Assembly: GCA_963714865.1 (NCBI GenBank)
Contig: CAVQPR010000001.1
Location: forward strand, 12,775-76,774
Reading direction: 5' to 3'
DNA length: 64,000 bases
DNA from: an uncultured Actinomycetes bacterium
GTDB lineage: Bacteria > Actinomycetota > UBA4738 > HRBIN12
Shown here: positions 58,862-64,000 of the stretch, piece after piece
How the letters are laid out: each line of letters starts with the position of its first letter
Numbering within the stretch: the stretch's first letter is position 1
Notes under the pieces: generated by a model
Told to the model about the DNA's origin: nothing
What the model saw: the letters and a program-made list of their open reading frames with translations, nothing else
Databases searched by the model: none
Made by a program: the position numbers and the translations under genes

Positions 58862-58918
58862 GCGACGGTCCTCTGTGACGATTGGCCGTCCACGGAGGGG
58901 CGACGTACGCTCCGGCGC

Positions 58919-61900
58919 ATGAGCTCCTGTCACGTCTGCGGTGCCGCCAACGCCGAGACGGCGAGGTTCTGCAACGCGTGCGGTCGACAGCTGATCGCCG
59001 CGACGTCTGTGGCTGGTTCGAGACGGACGGTCACGGTGGTGTTCTCCGATCTCGTGGGCTCGACCGAGCTCGCAGTCGCCCTCGACACGGAAGCGCTCCG
59101 GGCGATCCTCGGCGAGTACTTCGCCCTGATGCGCGGCATCGTGGAGCGGCACGGCGGACACGTGGAGAAGTTCATCGGTGACGCCGTCGTCGCCGCCTTC
59201 GGGGTGCACGTCGCCCATGAGGACGATCCGCTGCGGGCCGCTCGGGCGGCGTTCGAGATGCGCGAGGCGCTGACCGGGTTCAACGAAGAGATCGGGCGAC
59301 ATCGCGCCGTGAGCATCCAGACGAGAACGGGCGTGAACACGGGCGAGGTGGCATCGGGCTCACCGAGCGACGAGCCGGGTTCGATGACAGGGCCCGCGGT
59401 CAACCTTGCCGCCCGCCTCGAGCAGGCCGCGCCGCCCGGCGACATCCTGCTGGGCGAGGCGACCTACCGACACATCCGCGACGCGGTGCGCGTCGATGAG
59501 TTCGGCCCCCTCGAGCTCAAGGGGTTCCCGGGTGAGCAGCGAGCGTTCCGGCTGATCGACGTCGCCCTTGGAGCGGTCGGGCAGGTTCGGCGTCTCGACT
59601 CACCACTGGTCGGTCGCGACGCGAAGATGGTGGTGCTCGAGGAACGGCTGGCGCGCGTGAGCGCGTCGAACGGCTGCGAGCGCGTCACCATCGTCGGACC
59701 GCCGGGGATCGGCAAGTCGAGGCTCGTGGGGGAGTTCCTGCACCGGACCGCATCGACCACCGTCCAGCTGACGGGAAGGTGCCTGCCGTACGGCGAGGGG
59801 ATCACGTTCTGGCCGATCGCGGAGCTCGTGAAGGGGGCCGTCGGGCTCCGGGATTCCGACCCCTCCGACGTCGCGATGGACAGGCTCGTCCGCCACCTGG
59901 ACGGCGTCGATCAGGGCCCGGTCATCGCCGCTCGCGTCGGAGGCGCCGTCGGGCTGACGAAGGGGACCGGCGCGCCCGAGGAGACCTTCTGGGCGATCCG
60001 TCGGTTCCTCGAGGCGTCGGCGCGCGAGGGTCCGCTCGTCGTGGTCTTCGACGACATCCACTGGGGCGAGCCGACGTTCCTCGACCTGCTGGAGCACATC
60101 ACGGCGCGATCGACCGGCGTGCCGCTCCTGCTCGTGTGCATGGCGCGCCCCGAGTTCCTCGACGACCGGCCGGCGTGGGATGGTGCCCCCAACACCACGA
60201 CGCTGCGCCTCGAGCCGCTCGATCCGTCGATGAGCGAGGCCCTGGTGCGCAACTACCTCGGCGGCAACCTGCCCGCCCAGGTCCTCCAGCGGATCTCCGA
60301 GACGTCCGGCGGGATCCCCTTGTTCGCGGAGGCCGTCGTGTCGATGCTCATCGACGATGGGGTGCTCGTCAGGCGCGACGAGCGATGGTTCCTGTCGAAG
60401 GAGCCGGCCCAGATCTCGATCCCGCCGACGTTGTCGGGGCTGCTCGCGGCTCGATTGGATCAGCTCGACCCCGACGACCGAGCGGTGCTCGAGCGCGCAT
60501 CGATCATCGGACGGGACTTCTCCCCGGCCGAGGTCGAGGCGCTGTTGGATGACGGCGCGGACCAGCTCCAGGCGCGACTCGGATCCCTCATCGACAAGGA
60601 GCTCGTGCGCACCTCCGCATCGTCGGCGGCCGGGGGGGAGAGCCACGCGTTCGGCCACATCCTGATCCGGGATGCCGCCTACGAATCGATGCCGAAGGCC
60701 ACGAGAGCGGATCTGCATGAGCGATACGCGAACTGGCTCGAGCATCGGGCACGAACCCGGATCGACGAAGTCGAGGAGATCGTCGCCTACCACCTCGAGC
60801 GGGCCTATCGGCTCTGGATGGAATTGGGCAGCCTCGACGAACGGTTCCTGGCGATCGGCAGGAGGGCCGGTGCCAAGCTCGCGTCGGCGGGTCATCGCGC
60901 CGTCGGCAGGGGGGACGTGGCGGCCAGCGTGAACCTCCTGGGGCGCGCGGTGTCGATGCTGCCCGGCGACGACCCTGCGCGAGGAGAGGCGATCCTGGAG
61001 CTCGCGGAGAGCCTGATCCAGGCCGATGAGCTTGAGCGCGCGGCCGCGTCGATCGAAGAGCTCCTCGGCGGCGCGTCGGGGTCGATGGATCCGAACGTGG
61101 TTGCCCGCGCCAGGCTCGCAGAGTCAGCGGTGCGGTTCCTTGCCGAGCCGATGCTCACCAACGTGCAGGAGCTCCGCTCCGTGGCCACGGTCGCGGTGGA
61201 GGCGTTCGAGTCCGCCGGCGAGCAAACGCACCTGGCCGCGGCGCTCGAAGAGCTCGCCTGGACGTACTGGCTCACGGGCGAGACGGGCCGGATGCAGGAG
61301 CTCTCGAGCCGTGCGATGGAGCTGGCGCGCGGATCCGAGGATTGGGTCACCTTCACCGACGCGGCCGACGACGTGGCGAGATCGCTGGTCCTTGGCGACG
61401 TGCCGTGCGGCGTGGCCGCGGAGGCCCTCGAGACGATGGCGACTCAGGCCGACCACAGGATGACCGAGGCAGCCGTCCGGGTGTCGCTGGCTGTGGTGCT
61501 CGCGAAAATGCGGCAGAGCGGATCCGCCCGGGCGAATCTCGATCTGGCCCGGGGGGCGTTCGAGGACCTGGGCCAGCTTCGATGGATCGCCGCGGCCGAC
61601 GGTGCGCGAGGGCTCGTGTCGTGGTGGGACGGAGAGTTCGATGAGGCAGAGCGAGCGTTGAGGCAGAGCTACGAGTTCTCGCTGCAGGGAGAGGGCGCGG
61701 TGTGGGGGATGGAGGCATCCAACCTGGCGCAGCTGCTCTACGATCGCGACCGGATCGATGATGCAGACGAGATCGCCGACGTGATCAGCCGAGGGACGCC
61801 CTCATACGAGATGGAAAGCCAGATCGAATGGCGCGGTGTCCGGGCCAAGGTTCTCGCGCGCCGGGGGGACCAGCACGCGGGGATCGCGCTCGCGCTGGAG

Positions 61901-62101
61901 TCGGTGGACCTGGCGGCGCGAACCGAGTTCCTGAGCCTGCACGCATACTCGCTCCTCGACCTCGCCGAGTGCCGCGAGGCCGCGGACGACAGAGGGCGGG
62001 CCACGGAGGCCGTCGAGCGGGCGCTCGGGCTCTTCGCGCGCAAGGAGGACGCGGTGGGAGCCGCACGGGCCGAGGGGCTGCTGGCGCGGCTGCGTGCGTA
62101 G
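58919..62101 (+). CDS. zinc-ribbon / class III cyclase / AAA ATPase / TPR-like multidomain signalling protein (no LuxR HTH)
   Basis: CHVCGAANAETARFCNACG, cyclase motifs VVFSDLVGST, KFIGDAVVAAFG and GPAVNLAARL, P-loop GPPGIGKSRL and Walker B VVVFDDIHW, then ~550 aa of helical repeats. It ends without an HTH. Confidence 0.85.
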   Translation: MSSCHVCGAANAETARFCNACGRQLIAATSVAGSRRTVTVVFSDLVGSTELAVALDTEALRAILGEYFALMRGIVERHGGHVEKFIGDAVVAAFGVHVAHEDDPLRAARAAFEMREALTGFNEEIGRHRAVSIQTRTGVNTGEVASGSPSDEPGSMTGPAVNLAARLEQAAPPGDILLGEATYRHIRDAVRVDEFGPLELKGFPGEQRAFRLIDVALGAVGQVRRLDSPLVGRDAKMVVLEERLARVSASNGCERVTIVGPPGIGKSRLVGEFLHRTASTTVQLTGRCLPYGEGITFWPIAELVKGAVGLRDSDPSDVAMDRLVRHLDGVDQGPVIAARVGGAVGLTKGTGAPEETFWAIRRFLEASAREGPLVVVFDDIHWGEPTFLDLLEHITARSTGVPLLLVCMARPEFLDDRPAWDGAPNTTTLRLEPLDPSMSEALVRNYLGGNLPAQVLQRISETSGGIPLFAEAVVSMLIDDGVLVRRDERWFLSKEPAQISIPPTLSGLLAARLDQLDPDDRAVLERASIIGRDFSPAEVEALLDDGADQLQARLGSLIDKELVRTSASSAAGGESHAFGHILIRDAAYESMPKATRADLHERYANWLEHRARTRIDEVEEIVAYHLERAYRLWMELGSLDERFLAIGRRAGAKLASAGHRAVGRGDVAASVNLLGRAVSMLPGDDPARGEAILELAESLIQADELERAAASIEELLGGASGSMDPNVVARARLAESAVRFLAEPMLTNVQELRSVATVAVEAFESAGEQTHLAAALEELAWTYWLTGETGRMQELSSRAMELARGSEDWVTFTDAADDVARSLVLGDVPCGVAAEALETMATQADHRMTEAAVRVSLAVVLAKMRQSGSARANLDLARGAFEDLGQLRWIAAADGARGLVSWWDGEFDEAERALRQSYEFSLQGEGAVWGMEASNLAQLLYDRDRIDDADEIADVISRGTPSYEMESQIEWRGVRAKVLARRGDQHAGIALALESVDLAARTEFLSLHAYSLLDLAECREAADDRGRATEAVERALGLFARKEDAVGAARAEGLLARLRA

Positions 62102-62116
62102 CCGTCCCGCAGGCGG

Positions 62117-62710
62117 TCAGCCGTTGCTTGCGTAGTCCCCGTAACGCCGCAGGTCCGCGAACAACGTTTCGGTCCTGGCGATGCCGTCGACATCGTGCAG
62201 GCCCTGGAGGATCGCGTGCGTGAGCGCGTCGTATGAGGACGCGTCGAGCGTCAGCAGGACGTCGAATCCCCCGAAGACGATCGAGGCGCCGTCGAAGGCC
62301 GCGCCCGACGCAGGGCCCACGGCCGACAGAACATCCATCGCGCGCCCGGGCCGGACCCAGATCCGTACGAACGCCATGACCTCACACTTCTTCGGCTTGG
62401 CGGGCCTCGGGACGCCGGCGGCGGTGCGGTGTGCCGGGCCGAGAGTCGCGTACTGGCAACCGAGCCCGAATTCCTGCTCGAGCCGGACCATCTCGTCCTG
62501 CAGCGTGTCGAGTCTGCCTTCCTCTACCCGGACGTGGGCCAACCCCTTGAACGGGCCGACCGTCTCGGTGGCGAAGATGATCGGGCCGTCATCGGTCGAG
62601 GCTTCCTGGAGTGCGCGCACCGTCTCCGAGACCGGGTTGCCGTTCGTCGAGTGGCTGAAGAACGCCCAGGCGTGCAGGCTCCTGTCCTCGGGCTCCTCTA
62701 CGGTCGACAT
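62117..62710 (-). CDS. tandem Lrp/AsnC-type ligand-binding (RAM-like) domain protein without a DNA-binding domain
   Basis: 197 aa from MSTVEEPED, with SD GGGAGG. The second half, EVMAFVRIWVRPGRAMDVL...GGFDVLLTLDASSYDALTHAILQGLHDVDGIARTETL, matches the AsnC_trans_reg pattern. The first half has similar beta-alpha-beta periodicity. Confidence 0.55.
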   Translation of the reverse strand: MSTVEEPEDRSLHAWAFFSHSTNGNPVSETVRALQEASTDDGPIIFATETVGPFKGLAHVRVEEGRLDTLQDEMVRLEQEFGLGCQYATLGPAHRTAAGVPRPAKPKKCEVMAFVRIWVRPGRAMDVLSAVGPASGAAFDGASIVFGGFDVLLTLDASSYDALTHAILQGLHDVDGIARTETLFADLRRYGDYASNG

Positions 62711-62799
62711 CGTGACCTCCCACCGTCGGTGAACTCCGATTCTCCGTCCCCATCCGCTCCGAGGCAACCCGGTCGCGGGTCGACGAGGGTCGCGTCCGG

Positions 62800-63273
62800 C
62801 TAGGGCGAGAGGGAGAGGGTCATCCGTTGGTTCCCGCTCGGGAGCGGCTCGATCAGCACGGTGCCGTGCACATGCTGGTAGGCCCCGGTGCCGCCCGTGA
62901 CCGCCAGGCGGTACCCGTCGGAGGAACCCGTCAAGACGTTCTTCCTCAGCTGTCCAGTGACCACTATCTGACCCCGGGGGAGCCGGACCACGCCGACGCA
63001 GATCAGCTGCGGGACGGTCATCGAGCACGTCGAACCGACGCGCCCGACGTTCTCGCCGTTCCTCCTCAGTCGGTTGTTCGTGGTCACTTGGTCTCCGGTG
63101 CTCGTCCCGGGTGGATCGATGTCGAGCATCCCGATGGACGTCTGCACGAGCGTGAAGCGCAGTGTCTGGGGTCCGGTGATCGGTGCCTTGGGGCGGCTCG
63201 CCAGCGCTCCCGCCGACGCACCGGCGACCAGCACAGCTCCTGTCACCAGCCCGATGAGGATCCGGTTGCGCAT
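62800..63273 (-). CDS. secreted dirigent / allene-oxide-cyclase-barrel-like protein
   Basis: Start MRNRILIGLVTGAVLVAGASAGA (signal peptide) with SD GAAGGAGG. The C-terminal pattern LAVTGGTGAYQHVHGTVLIEP is typical of dirigent-like barrels. Confidence 0.5.
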   Translation of the reverse strand: MRNRILIGLVTGAVLVAGASAGALASRPKAPITGPQTLRFTLVQTSIGMLDIDPPGTSTGDQVTTNNRLRRNGENVGRVGSTCSMTVPQLICVGVVRLPRGQIVVTGQLRKNVLTGSSDGYRLAVTGGTGAYQHVHGTVLIEPLPSGNQRMTLSLSP

Positions 63274-63378
63274 GCTGTTGCCTCCTTCGTGGGGATCGTC
63301 GTTCCCATTCATCCAAACACGAGGAAGGCCCGCATTCATGGAGGCGCGGGATCAGCGTCGGTCAGAGCCTGCACACGA

Positions 63379-63402
63379 AGAGGGCGCCTCACGGCGCCCT
63401 CT
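63379..63402 (-). terminator. strong hairpin downstream of the acidic-protein gene (AGAGGGCGCC-TCAC-GGCGCCCTCT)
   Basis: Perfect 10-bp GC-rich stem with a 4-nt loop, 25 nt beyond the stop at 63427 on the minus strand. Confidence 0.5.
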
Positions 63403-63426
63403 CGCACTACCTCGGAGACCTATGGC

Positions 63427-63705
63427 TCACGCAGGGTCGCCGGCCGCCTCTTCCTCGGCCTCTTCCTCGGCCTCTTCGGCCAGGACGACCGCGGTGACGG
63501 CATCGTCGACGGCGAGCTCGTGCAGCTCCTCGGCCGCCACCTCCTCGACCACGGCCTCGGCCATGAGCTCCTCGGCGGCCGCCTCCAGCGCTACGGCGGC
63601 CTCGGCCTTGGCGACGGCGTCATCGTGGAGTGCCTCGGCGACGGTCTCTTCCTCGATCGCGTCCTCGGCAGCCTCTTCGGCGGCCTCCATCATCTCGTCT
63701 TCCAT
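63427..63705 (-). CDS. highly acidic Ala/Glu-rich small protein (92 aa)
   Basis: MEDEMMEAAEEAAEDAIEEE... to ...AEEAEEEAEEEAAGDPA. SD GGAAGGGG lies upstream of ATG 63705, and a terminator hairpin follows. The longer ORF to 63825 lacks support. Confidence 0.5.
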   Translation of the reverse strand: MEDEMMEAAEEAAEDAIEEETVAEALHDDAVAKAEAAVALEAAAEELMAEAVVEEVAAEELHELAVDDAVTAVVLAEEAEEEAEEEAAGDPA

Positions 63706-63823
63706 ACGTTCCCCTTCCCGGTCGGGCCAGGATGATATGACGCCCACGCGGAACGCGCACGGCGACTGAGGGGGGTCGTGTCGGGTCGATAGACTCCCGG
63801 CTTTCGTCTCGGAGGAAAAAGAC

Positions 63824-64000
63824 ATGAGGATCCTGGTGGTGGGCTCAGGCGGCGTGGGCGCGGCGTTCGCGCCGATCGCGGCGCGCCGCGATTTCTACGA
63901 GCACGTCGTGTTCGCCGATCTGGACCCCACGCGCTCCAAGCGCGTGGTGGACCGGTACGGCCGAGACGGTCGCTTCAGCGCGGCGGAGGTGGACGCCACG
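63824..64000 (+). CDS. saccharopine dehydrogenase-like NAD(P)-binding protein (3' end lies outside the window)
   Basis: SD GGAGGA precedes ATG 63824. MRILVVGSGGVGAAFAPIAARRDFYEHVVFADLD (Rossmann GxGxxG). The frame is open to the window edge. Confidence 0.6.
   Translation, partial: MRILVVGSGGVGAAFAPIAARRDFYEHVVFADLDPTRSKRVVDRYGRDGRFSAAEVDAT

Overview
This is a high-GC chromosomal segment. Four hand-counted 60-nt lines gave about 75-77% GC in core genes and 60-63% in one accessory block. Gene content and synteny fit a rod-shaped member of the Actinomycetota: valS-folC-ndk, fabD-fabH-fabG-acpP-fabF, mreBCD-mrdA-rodA, rne-rplU-rpmA-obg-nadD-rsfS and pyk. The first ~27 kb is conserved housekeeping core. 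From ~27 kb onward the window is mostly accessory and contains: (1) a decayed and an intact secreted LamG/Ig-like protein that share a C-terminal module; (2) a pyk operon that continues into three membrane proteins; (3) a triad of LAL (STAND ATPase plus LuxR HTH), a solute-binding/vWA exoprotein and a membrane Ser/Thr kinase, joined by 4-nt start/stop overlaps; (4) tRNA-Ala(GGC) followed by a lower-GC block of Sec-secreted proteins, bracketed by a ~96% identical direct repeat created by an internally deleted paralogue; (5) an 818-aa glycine-rich DUF11-type surface protein; (6) four adjacent frameshifted or truncated metabolic genes; (7) three class III nucleotidyl cyclases around a membrane GT2 glycosyltransferase, with a second head-plus-tail paralogue relic. 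valS also carries an apparent single-base frameshift, so sequence error and real decay must be separated using reads. I recognised no rRNA, CRISPR array, transposase, integrase or phage genes. Many long ORFs in the six-frame track are antisense or alternate-frame artefacts of high GC. All family assignments come from motif and synteny recognition by eye; no searches were run.
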